Numbered from the stretch's first letter, positions 10,401 to 19,604 are shown. The stretch is 41,429 nucleotides of DNA from Bryobacteraceae bacterium (GCA_035526665.1 DATLBY010000015.1:1-41429), one strand, 5' to 3'. Made by a program: numbers and translations. The notes: generated from the sequence alone by a model not told the origin.

Positions 10401-10847
10401 GTGGTGACGGTGTTCGCGAGCTCTGCCAACACCGGCGGCCGGACTCCCCGCGGAACTGTGCGGGCGAACGCCTACCGGCCCTATAAAATCAGCTCGCAGT
10501 CCGTGGATCAGTTCTTTGGTCCTGTGACGGCAACCGATTTCTGCGCCGCGGGCATGGACAACAGCACTTGCGCCTTCGGTGTGCCCGCCGTGGGTTCGCT
10601 CGGAAGCGCTGGTGTAGGCACCCTGCGCGCTCCCAGCTTTTTCAATATGGATGCGTCCGTCGGCAAAAAGTTCCATGTGACCGAGAGGCAGTACTTCGAT
10701 TTCCGCATGGAGCTGTTCAACGCATTGAACCATGTGAGTTGGGGTGCGCCGGGCCGCGATATCACCAGCCCCACCAGCTTTGGCCAAATAACCGGGCAGG
10801 TGCAGAATCCGCGGAACATCCAGTTCGGCTTGAAGTATTATTTCTAG
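7498..10847 (+). pseudogene. TonB-dependent receptor with carboxypeptidase-regulatory-like N-domain, split over three frames by two frameshifts
   Basis: Three track ORFs (7498-7851, 7772-10486, 10401-10847) are colinear with the intact paralogs at 24579 and 28136. Junctions are NQTAR|VDFSLQVG near 7805-7812 and HSGF|VVTVFASS near 10396-10402. Ends in the OMP-type C-terminus FGLKYYF. Confidence 0.8.
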
Positions 10848-10862
10848 GCTGCATGGCCCAGG

Positions 10863-10892
10863 GGGCAGGCTCTTTCCGGGGCCTGCTCTTTT
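10863..10892 (+). terminator. putative intrinsic terminator after the receptor pseudogene
   Basis: Stem GCAGGC (10865-10870) pairs with GCCTGC (10881-10886) and can be extended by G-C and G-U pairs. It is followed by only four Ts (10889-10892). Confidence 0.45.
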
Positions 10893-11496
10893 ACCAACTT
10901 ACTCCTCGCGCTCGCAGATCCTTCTCCAGTTGTTCCAATCCCTGAAACTGCACCGCATCGATGCCATGTTCCCGGGCGCCCTCCACGTAGGCGGGAATGT
11001 CATCGGTGAAGAAACACTCTTCCGGGCGGCAGCCCGCATGCTCCAGAGCTTCTCGGTAGATTACCGGAGACGGCTTGAGCGCGCCTACTTTGTACGACAG
11101 GACATAATGATCGAAATGCCGCAGTAACGGATAGTTTTCCTTCACCATCTCGTAATGAATCGCGTTCGTATTCGATAGCAGCAACAGCCGGTACCTCTGC
11201 TTCAGCGCTATCAGCAGATCTTCTGGAATCAGCGTCTCCGGCAAAAATATACTGGTCCAAATGCCGCAGAACTCGTCATAGCCGGCCTCTAATTCCAGAA
11301 TCGCGGAGAGCTGTTTTACAAACTCCCGGGGTTCCACTTTCCCTTCTTCAAAGCGCGTCACCAGGTCGCAGGAACCAAGCCGGGCGGGTATCTCAGCCGC
11401 GGCGTAGCCGCACAGCGGAGCCATGCGGTCATAACCCCGCTGGAAATCGAAGGGCACAATAACCTTGCCCAGGTCGAAAATGATTGTTTTGATCAT
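10891..11496 (-). CDS. HAD superfamily hydrolase (subfamily IA-like)
   Basis: MIKTIIFDLGKV contains the DxD-type motif I, and LLLLSNTN plus the C-terminal FTDD resemble HAD motifs. ATG 11496 is preferred over the upstream GTG at 11517. Confidence 0.8.
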   Translation of the reverse strand: MIKTIIFDLGKVIVPFDFQRGYDRMAPLCGYAAAEIPARLGSCDLVTRFEEGKVEPREFVKQLSAILELEAGYDEFCGIWTSIFLPETLIPEDLLIALKQRYRLLLLSNTNAIHYEMVKENYPLLRHFDHYVLSYKVGALKPSPVIYREALEHAGCRPEECFFTDDIPAYVEGAREHGIDAVQFQGLEQLEKDLRARGVSW

Positions 11497-11529
11497 ACGT
11501 ACGGAGTTCGCTACCATTCTCGCATTGGC

Positions 11530-12711
11530 ATGAGAAAACCCTCGTGGCTTACTGGTATCTCACACAATGTTTTCATCCTCGGACTCGTGAGTTTTTTCAC
11601 CGACATCTCGTCCGAGATGTTGTATCCGATCATTCCCATCTTTTTGACATCCACGCTGGGCGCGACCCCGGCAATCGTGGGCGTCATTGAAGGCTTCGCC
11701 GAGAGCACCGCCAGTATCTTGAAGCTCTTCTCCGGATGGTTCTCCGATCGTCTCGGCATCCGCCGTCCCATCGTGCTGGCAGGCTACGGCCTGGCCGCCG
11801 CCACACGCCCGCTGCTGGCCCTGGCGCACGCCTGGCCGCTCGTCCTGACTGCCCGCGTGCTTGACCGGTTCGCCAAAGGCGTCAGAACCGCGCCGCGCGA
11901 CGCTATGATTGCCGATTCCACAGCGCCTGAGTTCCGCGGCCGCGCCTTCGGATTCCATCGCAGCCTCGATCAGATGGGCGCCGTAATTGGGCCATTACTC
12001 GCGCTTCCTCTGCTGGCCTACTTTCACCAGGATTTTCGGAGCCTGTTTCTCGTCGCGTTCCTGCCCGCCGTCGTCAGCACCGCTCTGGTGCTCCTCGCCA
12101 GGGAGACCCGCCGGCCGCCGCGGAGATCCGGAGTGCCCTTGCATCTGGAGTGGGGCGGCATGAGCCCGGCATTCCGCCGCCTGGTGCTGAGCCTTGGCCT
12201 CTTTGCGCTTACGAACTCCTCGGATGCATTCATCATCCTGCGTGCCAGGCAGCTCGGTGCAACTACTTTCGTCGTTGTCCTGATGTTTTCGCTCTACAAT
12301 CTCTTCAGCGTACTCTCGGCTTGGCCGGCCGGCGTCCTGTCCGACCGCATTGACAGAAGCAGAGTTCTGGTGGGAGGACTAACAATCTTCGGTCTCGCGT
12401 ACCTGGGATTTGCCCTTGCACCTTCCAGCAGCTGGTTCTGGTTCTTATTTCCGCTGTATGGAGTGTACGCCGGCTTTACCGACGGCGTGGCCCGCGCGCT
12501 CGTCGTCGATCTGGTTCCAATGGAAAAGCGTGGCACCGCACTGGGCATGCATGCGGCGGTTGTCGGCATAGCCGCCCTCCCGGCCAGCATCATCGCGGGC
12601 GTCATCTGGCAAAGGCTCGGCCCCGCGGCCCCGTTCTATACCGGAGCGGTGGGAGCCGCAGTTACGGCCGTCTTGCTATTGCTCTTTCCCGGGCGGCGTT
12701 CCGCTCCGTGA
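11530..12711 (+). CDS. MFS transporter
   Basis: A 393-aa polytopic hydrophobic protein. The loop GWFSDRLGIRRP resembles the MFS motif A region. Confidence 0.8.
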   Translation: MRKPSWLTGISHNVFILGLVSFFTDISSEMLYPIIPIFLTSTLGATPAIVGVIEGFAESTASILKLFSGWFSDRLGIRRPIVLAGYGLAAATRPLLALAHAWPLVLTARVLDRFAKGVRTAPRDAMIADSTAPEFRGRAFGFHRSLDQMGAVIGPLLALPLLAYFHQDFRSLFLVAFLPAVVSTALVLLARETRRPPRRSGVPLHLEWGGMSPAFRRLVLSLGLFALTNSSDAFIILRARQLGATTFVVVLMFSLYNLFSVLSAWPAGVLSDRIDRSRVLVGGLTIFGLAYLGFALAPSSSWFWFLFPLYGVYAGFTDGVARALVVDLVPMEKRGTALGMHAAVVGIAALPASIIAGVIWQRLGPAAPFYTGAVGAAVTAVLLLLFPGRRSAP

Positions 12712-12848
12712 ACTTAGGGCTCAACCGTGCTCGCCTGTGCTGTACTTGCGGTAATATCTAAGCTATAAAAGGCTGGTGCAGCGCCCGGAATGAGGCGCCG
12801 GCGCAGTTACGAGCGGCGAATCCAGCGTCTCAAAGAAGGCTGCGGACG

Positions 12849-13103
12849 GTGACGAACCAACAGCTTTATCTGGCGATCGGCGTGCCGATCGTGTGCAACA
12901 CCATCATGCTCATGCTCGTTTGGGCGGGCATCAACTCGAACATGAACGCGCCATTCGACGGGATGAACAAGCGGTTCGATGACATGCGCGACCTCTGGCG
13001 CGCCGAGTTGCGCCGGGTCGAGGAAGTGCCCGATGCCCGGTTGAAACACCTGGAGGAGAAGTGCGCGCAGACGACGATTCGGCCATCCGGGCGCCCACAT
13101 TGA
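12849..13103 (+). CDS. small hypothetical protein with one N-terminal TM helix and a charged helical tail
   Basis: GTG start. LYLAIGVPIVCNTIMLMLVWAGI is followed by RFDDMRDLWRAELRRVEEVPDARLKHLEE. I did not recognise a family and the RBS is weak. Confidence 0.4.
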   Translation: MTNQQLYLAIGVPIVCNTIMLMLVWAGINSNMNAPFDGMNKRFDDMRDLWRAELRRVEEVPDARLKHLEEKCAQTTIRPSGRPH

Positions 13104-13104
13104 C

Positions 13105-13137
13105 GGCGAGCAGCGCGCCTGTCAATCGCTGCTCGCC
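13105..13137 (+). terminator. perfect 11-bp stem-loop just downstream of the small ORF, with no U-tract
   Basis: GGCGAGCAGCG (13105-13115) pairs with CGCTGCTCGCC (13127-13137) across an 11-nt loop, starting 2 nt after the TGA. Confidence 0.3.
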
Positions 13138-13249
13138 ATGGCGCTGCTCACTCCCAGATGGCGGCGCACGCCAACCCGCTGGCCGACGTGATCCGGCCGG
13201 CAGCCGAAGACCTCAATGATGCTCTCCCCTCGTGTTAGCATGGTCTCTT

Positions 13250-13356
13250 GTCAGGCCTCGGGCTTCGTGCAATGGGCGGCTGCGAACCCCGCCAGGTCCG
13301 GAAGGAAGCAACGGTAGCGGTTTAGCTTGTGTGCCGCGGATTACCCGGGGTCTGGC
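13250..13356 (+). ncRNA. ffs: signal recognition particle RNA (small bacterial 4.5S type)
   Basis: CCAGGTCCGGAAGGAAGCA at 13292-13310 matches the conserved domain IV (GGAA tetraloop plus the AGCA symmetric loop). Closing helix GTCAGGCCTCGGG (13250-13262) pairs with CCCGGGGTCTGGC (13344-13356). It sits in the classic position upstream of dnaX. Confidence 0.85.
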
Positions 13357-13380
13357 AATATTGGCTCCAACCCGCCGCAC

Positions 13381-15042
13381 ATGTCCTATCAGGTTATAGC
13401 TCGCAAATACCGGCCGGCCAAGTTTTCCGAGCTCATCGGACAGGAACATGTCCGGACTACTCTCGAAAACGCCATTACCCAAAAACGGATCGCCCACGGC
13501 TACATCTTGTCCGGGCAGCGTGGCACCGGGAAGACCACTGTAGCGAGAATTATCGCGCGCTGTCTCAACTGCATCGATGGCCCTACGCCTACTCCCTGTG
13601 GCGTCTGCGCCAGCTGCACTGAGGTTGCCGCCGGCAACAGTGTGGATGTGATTGAGATCGATGCGGCCTCCAACCGGGGCATCAATGAGATGCGCGAGCT
13701 GCGCGATAACATCCGCTACCGACCCGCGCGCGACCGCTATAAAGTATTCATCGTCGATGAGGCGCATCAGATCACCAATGAGGCCTTCAATGCGCTGCTG
13801 AAGACCTTGGAAGAGCCGCCCGAGTGGGTCGTCTTTATCCTCTGTACTACTGAAGTTCACAAAATCCCCGTCACCATCGCATCGCGCTGCCAGCAGTTCA
13901 GCTTTCGCTCGGTCGATTTTGCCGAACTCGTCGCCCGCATGCGCTGGATCTGCGAACAGGAGGGCATCACCACGGACGATGAGGTCCTGGCGGTTCTTGC
14001 GCAATCGGGCGAGGGCAGCGTGCGCGACTCTCTTTCTGCGCTCGATCAGGCGATCGCCTGCTGCGGATCTACACTCAAAGCTTCGGAGCTCCGGGGGCTG
14101 CTCGGCCTCTTCTCGCTGGAGGCGCTGCAACAGGTCACTGGATGCCTGCGCTCCGGCGATTCCGCGCGCATGTTGGAAGTGGTTCAGGAACTGGAGCGCA
14201 ACGGCCAGAACCTCCAGCATTTCTGCCGCGAGCTCGCGCGCTACTTCCGGAACCTGCTGGTGGCAAAGATCGCCGGCAAGGAGACCCGGCTCATCAGCTC
14301 TTCGCCCGTCGAACAGGAGCGCCTCCGCGAAATCGCCTCTGGATTTTCGGAGGAGGACCTCACGCGCTACCTGCAGCTCACGCTCGATCTTTTCCAGGAT
14401 CTGCAATCCTCCCTGCAGCCTCGTCTGCATGTCGAAATCGGACTGCTGAAGCTCGTCCATGTGGGCCGGCTGGTCTCAATAGAACAAGCGCTGGCAGGGA
14501 TGCAGGCCCCATCGGCGTCGCCGCCGCGGTCCGTTCCGCCGGCGTCTGCAGCTTCTTCACCCGCGGCACGCCCCAGGACCGGTCCATCTCCCTTTACCGC
14601 CGATACCCAGCGCAAGGCCGCCGCGCCCGAATCAGCACCTCCGCCAACACCCACCCCCTCCCTGGCGAGTGGCGACTGGCGCACGCGAGTGCACAAAGCC
14701 CTCCTCGATCTCGGCATGCTGTTCACGGCCGATGCCGTCGAACATTCCGACGTGAGCGAGCAGAATGGCGAGCTCACGTTTGTGACATCGAAGGATTGGA
14801 AGCTTGCGATGACCGAAACCGATCTGCGTAAGGCCGCCCAGGAGGCAGCGGGCAAACCTATGCGGGTCAAAGTAGTAATCGGGGAGGCCGCGCCCGCCAC
14901 TGCCGCCGGCACGCCGCTGGCCAAGCCGGCCGTAGGCGAAGACGAAGTGTCGCAGCGGGCCTTGTCTCATCCCGACGTGCAGCGGTTCAAGGAAGTGTTC
15001 CCCAACGCCGAAATCCGTCAAGTGCGTAATCTCAAGGAGTAG
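13381..15042 (+). CDS. dnaX: DNA polymerase III subunit gamma/tau
   Basis: MSYQVIARKYRPAKFSELIGQEHV, Walker A GQRGTGKTT, the zinc module CLNC...CGVCASC, and DEAH. The start was moved to ATG 13381 so that it does not overlap ffs. Confidence 0.95.
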   Translation: MSYQVIARKYRPAKFSELIGQEHVRTTLENAITQKRIAHGYILSGQRGTGKTTVARIIARCLNCIDGPTPTPCGVCASCTEVAAGNSVDVIEIDAASNRGINEMRELRDNIRYRPARDRYKVFIVDEAHQITNEAFNALLKTLEEPPEWVVFILCTTEVHKIPVTIASRCQQFSFRSVDFAELVARMRWICEQEGITTDDEVLAVLAQSGEGSVRDSLSALDQAIACCGSTLKASELRGLLGLFSLEALQQVTGCLRSGDSARMLEVVQELERNGQNLQHFCRELARYFRNLLVAKIAGKETRLISSSPVEQERLREIASGFSEEDLTRYLQLTLDLFQDLQSSLQPRLHVEIGLLKLVHVGRLVSIEQALAGMQAPSASPPRSVPPASAASSPAARPRTGPSPFTADTQRKAAAPESAPPPTPTPSLASGDWRTRVHKALLDLGMLFTADAVEHSDVSEQNGELTFVTSKDWKLAMTETDLRKAAQEAAGKPMRVKVVIGEAAPATAAGTPLAKPAVGEDEVSQRALSHPDVQRFKEVFPNAEIRQVRNLKE

Positions 15043-15045
15043 AAC

Positions 15046-15354
15046 ATGAAACTACCGGGCAACATGCAGAACATGATGAAGCAGGCGCAACAAATGCAGC
15101 AGAAGATGCAGGAAGAGATTGCGCAAATCAAAGTCGAAGCGTCCGCGGGCGGGGGAATGGTCTCCGTCAAAATAGACGGACATAAAAACTGCCTGGCCGT
15201 AAAAATCGATCCCGAGGTCGCCGGCGATGTGGAAATGCTCCAGGACATGGTGCTCGCCGCATTCAACGAGGCGCATAAGAAAGTGGAAGCCGAAAGCCAG
15301 CAGAAAATGAGCGGACTCATGGGCGGGCTCGGGCTGCCGCCGGGCATGTTCTAA
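15046..15354 (+). CDS. ybaB: YbaB/EbfC family nucleoid-associated protein
   Basis: NMQNMMKQAQQMQQKMQE...ASAGGGMVSVKIDG is the typical family pattern. Conserved dnaX-ybaB-recR order. Confidence 0.95.
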   Translation: MKLPGNMQNMMKQAQQMQQKMQEEIAQIKVEASAGGGMVSVKIDGHKNCLAVKIDPEVAGDVEMLQDMVLAAFNEAHKKVEAESQQKMSGLMGGLGLPPGMF

Positions 15355-15357
15355 TCG

Positions 15358-15957
15358 ATGCCCGATTTTGCCGAACCTCTCGCGCGTCTCATTCAGGAAG
15401 TAAAACGCCTGCCCGGCATCGGTCAGAAGTCCGCCCAGCGGATTGCATTTCATATTCTTCGCGCCAAGCGGGACGACGTCGAGCGCCTCACACAGGCGCT
15501 CTTGGACGTCAAGGACAACCTCACGCTCTGCACCTCGTGCAACAACATCAGCGACGCCGAAACGTGTTCTTACTGCCGCGATCAAAGCCGCGATTCCTCG
15601 GTCATTTGTGTCGTCGAGGAGCCTCACAATATTTTGCCGATCGAGACTACCCGGCAGTTCAACGGCAGATATCATGTGCTGCACGGATCCATCTCGCCGC
15701 TGCGCGGCATAGGGCCTGAGCAATTGAAGATCAAAAATCTTCTCACCCGGATGGAATCAGGTGGCGTGGAAGAGATCATTCTGGCTACTAACCCCACCGT
15801 GGAAGGCGAGGCGACAGCGGCTTACCTATCCCGTCTGCTGAAGCCGCTCGGTACTCGCGTTACGCGGATCGCGATGGGAATCCCCGTGGGAAGCGACATG
15901 GAGTTCGCCGACGAAGTAACCATGATGAAATCTCTTGAGAACCGGCGCGAGCTGTAG
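15358..15957 (+). CDS. recR: recombination protein RecR
   Basis: Hh[16 protein letters not shown], zinc finger [16 protein letters not shown], and a Toprim-like C-terminal region. Confidence 0.95.
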   Translation: MPDFAEPLARLIQEVKRLPGIGQKSAQRIAFHILRAKRDDVERLTQALLDVKDNLTLCTSCNNISDAETCSYCRDQSRDSSVICVVEEPHNILPIETTRQFNGRYHVLHGSISPLRGIGPEQLKIKNLLTRMESGGVEEIILATNPTVEGEATAAYLSRLLKPLGTRVTRIAMGIPVGSDMEFADEVTMMKSLENRREL

Positions 15958-15959
15958 CC

Positions 15960-16580
15960 TTACTCCGCCGGCTGGCGCCTGCCTGAAATCCAGCCCGTCA
16001 ACGCCCGCCACTCCGCGCGGATCGCCCGGAATACCCGCGGCGCTACAAAGGCGAAGGCAGCCACGAACAGCACCACAAACGCGGCAACCAGCAACGGGTG
16101 ATGCAACGCCATCCACACCAGGCCCGGCACAAACAGGTCCTCAGCCGCGCTCAAGGCGATATTGCTGAAGGGCTCGGGACTGTGATTCGCCGCGATCCGC
16201 GCCGCCGCTTTCGACGAGTGCCCGGTGAATGCAACTCCGCCGCAGAGCACGAACATAATCACCTTGAGCGCCGGATCGCTGTCCCCCAGTGCCGTGAAAC
16301 TCAGCACCGCCGCGCCCAGCGGGCGAATGAACGTGTGAACGGAATCCCACATGCTGTCCAGCCAGGGGATCTTATCCGCAAAAAATTCGATCACGCAGGC
16401 TGCCCCGGTCGCCATCAGCACGCGCGTGTCGCTCAACACCGCCAGGTGCGACATACCGGACGTCAGTGGCAGCACTCCAAAATGAATCCCCAGCCCCAGC
16501 GCGAATAGCGCCGCGTACAGCCGGATGCCGGCGGCAAAACCAAGGACCAGGACGGAGCCGAGCGTTTGGATTGTATCCAT
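15960..16580 (-). CDS. DUF4126-like integral membrane protein
   Basis: Multi-TM protein with the FFADKIPWLDSMWD motif. Lies 4 nt downstream of mtaB on the same strand. Confidence 0.65.
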   Translation of the reverse strand: MDTIQTLGSVLVLGFAAGIRLYAALFALGLGIHFGVLPLTSGMSHLAVLSDTRVLMATGAACVIEFFADKIPWLDSMWDSVHTFIRPLGAAVLSFTALGDSDPALKVIMFVLCGGVAFTGHSSKAAARIAANHSPEPFSNIALSAAEDLFVPGLVWMALHHPLLVAAFVVLFVAAFAFVAPRVFRAIRAEWRALTGWISGRRQPAE

Positions 16581-16584
16581 GGAA

Positions 16585-17880
16585 TTAACTCAGCACTGGC
16601 AGCAGCGACTGTTCGCGCAGGCCGTTTTCGGTAAGGGCCCCAATGGTGCATTCAAATAACTGTCGCGCTCCGCGCTCCGCGGCTGTTTCAATCGTCAGGT
16701 AATTCGTAGTGATCGCAAGCCCCGGCTGTTGCAGCGTGACCGCCGGCAGCACGCGCCCCAGCATACTCCGTCGGAACGCCAGATTCTTCGCTGCCGCCAG
16801 CTCTTTCAGCGCTCGTCCACGCTTTTTGCGTATCTCGACCGGCACTTGGCCGGAGGCTTCGGCTGCCGGAGTCCCTGGCCGTTCGGAATAAGGAAATACG
16901 TGGAGATAGGTGAAAGGAAGCCGCTCAATGAACTGCACGGTCTCTTGAAACTCCGCCTCGCTTTCGCCGGGAAAACCTACCATCACATCCGCGCCGATCG
17001 CCGCGTCCGGCATCCACTGCCGGGCCTTCAGGATCCGGTCCTCATAATGACGCGGCCGGTACTTGCGGTGCATCCGCCGCAGAACGGTATCCGATCCGGA
17101 CTGGAGCGGAGCGTGCACGTGTTTCGCGATGCGCGGAGTGGATGCCATCAGCTGCAGCAGATCGTCGGAAAAATCCATCGGCTCCACCGAGCTGAGCCGC
17201 AGCCTGCCGATGGACGTTTCGGCCAGCAGCGTTCGTAACAGATCCGCCAGCCGCGTTTGCATTCCCGCTTCGCGTCCCCACCGGCCCAGGTTGATGCCCG
17301 TCAACACCACTTCGCTGTATCGCTCGCTCAACGCTCGAACCTGCTCGACTACCCGAGCTACAGGAGCGCTCCGGCTCCGCCCCCGCACGAAGGGGATGAT
17401 GCAAAAGGAGCAGCGGTTGTTGCACCCGTCCTGAATTTTGAGGTTGGGACGCGACCGGCCGGCCATCGCATCCTCGATCGTCCCCGACAGAAACTCATGT
17501 TGGGCAAAGATGTCGCCGGAATGCACTTCGCCGTGAAAGGGAGCGGATTCATCGGCCAGTAGCTCCGCCAGCCGCATCTTATGCGAGTTGCCCACTACCA
17601 CCGCAACCCCAGGGAGCGACGCGAGCTCTTCCGGCGCCCGCTGTGCATAACAGCCGGTTACCACCAGCCGGGCTTCCGGATGCAAGTGTGCCAACCGCCG
17701 GATCGTCTGCCGGACCTCGTCATCGGCAGCGGCAGTTACCGTACAGGTGTTCAGAATGATGAAGTCCGCCTGCTGCGGCGCTTCCGTCGAGAAACCGCTC
17801 GCGGTAAGCTGCGACTCCAGGGCGGCTCCATCTGCCTGTGAAGCCCTGCACCCAAAGTTCTGAACGGCAAAAGTAGGCAC
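16585..17880 (-). CDS. mtaB: tRNA (N6-threonylcarbamoyladenosine) methylthiotransferase, radical SAM
   Basis: N-terminal UPF0004-type cysteines (FGCRASQ, NTCTVT, TGCYAQ) and the radical SAM box KIQDGCNNRCSFCIIP. Confidence 0.85.
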   Translation of the reverse strand: MPTFAVQNFGCRASQADGAALESQLTASGFSTEAPQQADFIILNTCTVTAAADDEVRQTIRRLAHLHPEARLVVTGCYAQRAPEELASLPGVAVVVGNSHKMRLAELLADESAPFHGEVHSGDIFAQHEFLSGTIEDAMAGRSRPNLKIQDGCNNRCSFCIIPFVRGRSRSAPVARVVEQVRALSERYSEVVLTGINLGRWGREAGMQTRLADLLRTLLAETSIGRLRLSSVEPMDFSDDLLQLMASTPRIAKHVHAPLQSGSDTVLRRMHRKYRPRHYEDRILKARQWMPDAAIGADVMVGFPGESEAEFQETVQFIERLPFTYLHVFPYSERPGTPAAEASGQVPVEIRKKRGRALKELAAAKNLAFRRSMLGRVLPAVTLQQPGLAITTNYLTIETAAERGARQLFECTIGALTENGLREQSLLPVLS

Positions 17881-17930
17881 TGATTTCAGTGTAACCGGGT
17901 CGGATTAGCCATACCCGGGCAAATCTGGGA

Positions 17931-17957
17931 TACAGACTATACCCCGGTAGCCGATAC
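17931..17957 (+). promoter_or_regulatory. candidate sigma-28 (FliA)-type promoter upstream of fliM
   Basis: TACA (17931-17934), then 15 nt, then GCCGATAC (17950-17957), against the consensus TAAA-N15-GCCGATAA. AGGAG lies 5 nt before ATG 17974. Confidence 0.4.
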
Positions 17958-17973
17958 CTACTTAGGAGTTTTG

Positions 17974-18942
17974 ATGTCCACCCACCGCGTCCTCTCACAG
18001 GAAGAAATCGACAGCGTGTTCCGCAACAATCGCCAGCAGCAGAGCGATCGGGAACTTGCCACGAAGACGCAACCCTATGATTTCCGCCGTCCCGACCGGA
18101 TTCCTAAGGATCAGATCAACGCGCTCTACGTCCTGCATGAGAATCTCGCCCGCAGCCTCGCATCCAGCCTGTCAGCCTACATCCGTGCCTACATTATGGT
18201 GAACCTGGTGTCCGTGGAGCAGCTTTCCTTCCGCGAGTTCGCTGAATGCCTCCCCACTCCGAGCTACATGGTCGCTCTCGAGATGAAACCCTATGAGGGC
18301 AGCGCGATCCTGGAATTGAATCCCGCAATCGTGTTCCCGATGTTGGAACTGCTGCTGGGTGGCACTGGTCAAAAGCTATCGAAAATCGTCCGCGAGGTCA
18401 CTGAAATCGAGCAAAGCATTATCGACGGCCTACTCCGGATCATCCTGCAGAACCTGAAAGCCGCCTGGCAAAGCGTCACCAACCTCGACTTCAGGGTCTC
18501 GGCTCACGAGACGGACCCCGCGCTCCTGCAGATACTGGCCCCCAATGAGGCTCTTGTGGCGATCAGCATGGAGATCCGGGTCGGGGAGAATTCCGGCATG
18601 ATGAATATTGGAATCCCATCGATCATCATCAAAATGCTGCGGCAGAAGTTCGACCAGCAGTGGAGCGTCCGCAAGGCCGACATGACGGCTGGGGAGCAAT
18701 CGCGCATAATGCGGCTTATCCAACCGGCCTCTATCCGAATGGACGCCAGGCTGCAGGGCCCGACTTTAAGCGTAGAAGATATGATGCGGCTCGAAGTGGG
18801 CGACGTGCTTGGCTTCGATTATGCCGCCGGCAGATCCGTGGACATGCTGGTGAACGGCAAACTCAAATACCGTGGACAGATCGTCACGTCAAACCGCAAC
18901 AAGGCATTTGAAATTGAGCAGGAGTACTCCGCGCTCGATTAG
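17974..18942 (+). CDS. fliM: flagellar motor switch protein FliM
   Basis: N-terminal CheY-P-binding-type peptide LSQEEIDSVF, a central FliM domain, and a C-terminal SpoA/FliN-like segment LEVGDVLGFD...VNGKLKYRGQIV. Confidence 0.85.
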   Translation: MSTHRVLSQEEIDSVFRNNRQQQSDRELATKTQPYDFRRPDRIPKDQINALYVLHENLARSLASSLSAYIRAYIMVNLVSVEQLSFREFAECLPTPSYMVALEMKPYEGSAILELNPAIVFPMLELLLGGTGQKLSKIVREVTEIEQSIIDGLLRIILQNLKAAWQSVTNLDFRVSAHETDPALLQILAPNEALVAISMEIRVGENSGMMNIGIPSIIIKMLRQKFDQQWSVRKADMTAGEQSRIMRLIQPASIRMDARLQGPTLSVEDMMRLEVGDVLGFDYAAGRSVDMLVNGKLKYRGQIVTSNRNKAFEIEQEYSALD

Positions 18943-18948
18943 CCGCCG

Positions 18949-19581
18949 CTACTTGGAGATACTGATCTCTTTAAATAAGATCACCGCGCTCGGATCGTGA
19001 TTTTGCAGGCCGATATAGCCCATTTCCGGACGGGGCCCGCGGTCCGGCTCATACGATTTCACCTTCGCGGGAACTTCCGAGACGCCGTCATAGTCGGTCA
19101 CCAGAACTCCATTCACTTTTACGGTCGTGCGAAGACCCTGCATCGTGATATCCATGGTGTTCCATTCGCCCGCCGGCTTGGAAGCACGGGCCTTGGCCTT
19201 GGTCATCGAGTAGAGGACTCCGGTACAGTGGTAGTCGTCGTCCCGGTCGTCAATCTGCACTTCGATTCCCTTGTTGATCGCGACGGTTTCCGAATCCGGC
19301 TTGACCGGGATACGGATGAACACACCCGAGTTGCCCTTCGGATTGGACATTTTGTAAACCACGTGAAGATTCACATTCCCCAGCTTCTTGCGCGAGTAGA
19401 GCAGCATCCCCTTCGCGCCGCCGGTTTGAATGGCTCCGTCTGCTACGGTAAATCCGTTGGTTCCAGGATTCCGTCCTACAAATTCCCAGCCATCCAGATC
19501 CTTCCCGTTGAACAACTGCTCGCCGGTGGCGGTCAGCGCCATCGGCGCCAGCGCGACTAAACAGAGAATTGCTTTCCTCAT
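18949..19581 (-). CDS. DUF1080 (3-keto-disaccharide hydrolase-like) secreted protein
   Basis: Signal peptide MRKAILCLVALAPMALTA, LFNGKDLDGWEF, NSGVFIR and GYIGLQNH are family hallmarks. The start was set at ATG 19581. Confidence 0.8.
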   Translation of the reverse strand: MRKAILCLVALAPMALTATGEQLFNGKDLDGWEFVGRNPGTNGFTVADGAIQTGGAKGMLLYSRKKLGNVNLHVVYKMSNPKGNSGVFIRIPVKPDSETVAINKGIEVQIDDRDDDYHCTGVLYSMTKAKARASKPAGEWNTMDITMQGLRTTVKVNGVLVTDYDGVSEVPAKVKSYEPDRGPRPEMGYIGLQNHDPSAVILFKEISISK

Positions 19582-19604
19582 GAGTGGATTATAGCCGCTG
19601 ATCC

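Noticed and set aside
13213-14460. 415-aa ORF on the minus strand
   Set aside because: It is fully antisense to dnaX, which has clear Walker A, zinc-module and DEAH motifs, and it would overlap ffs. Its Arg/Ala/Leu-rich composition is typical of shadow ORFs in high-GC DNA.
13381-15042. Programmed ribosomal frameshift or transcriptional slippage site in dnaX (gamma/tau)
   Set aside because: I found no A AAA AAG-type heptamer or long A-run in the relevant part of the gene. The only A5 run, near 13484, is far too close to the N-terminus.
15052-15723. 223-aa minus-strand ORF
   Set aside because: It is antisense to the well-supported ybaB and recR genes, so it is a shadow ORF.
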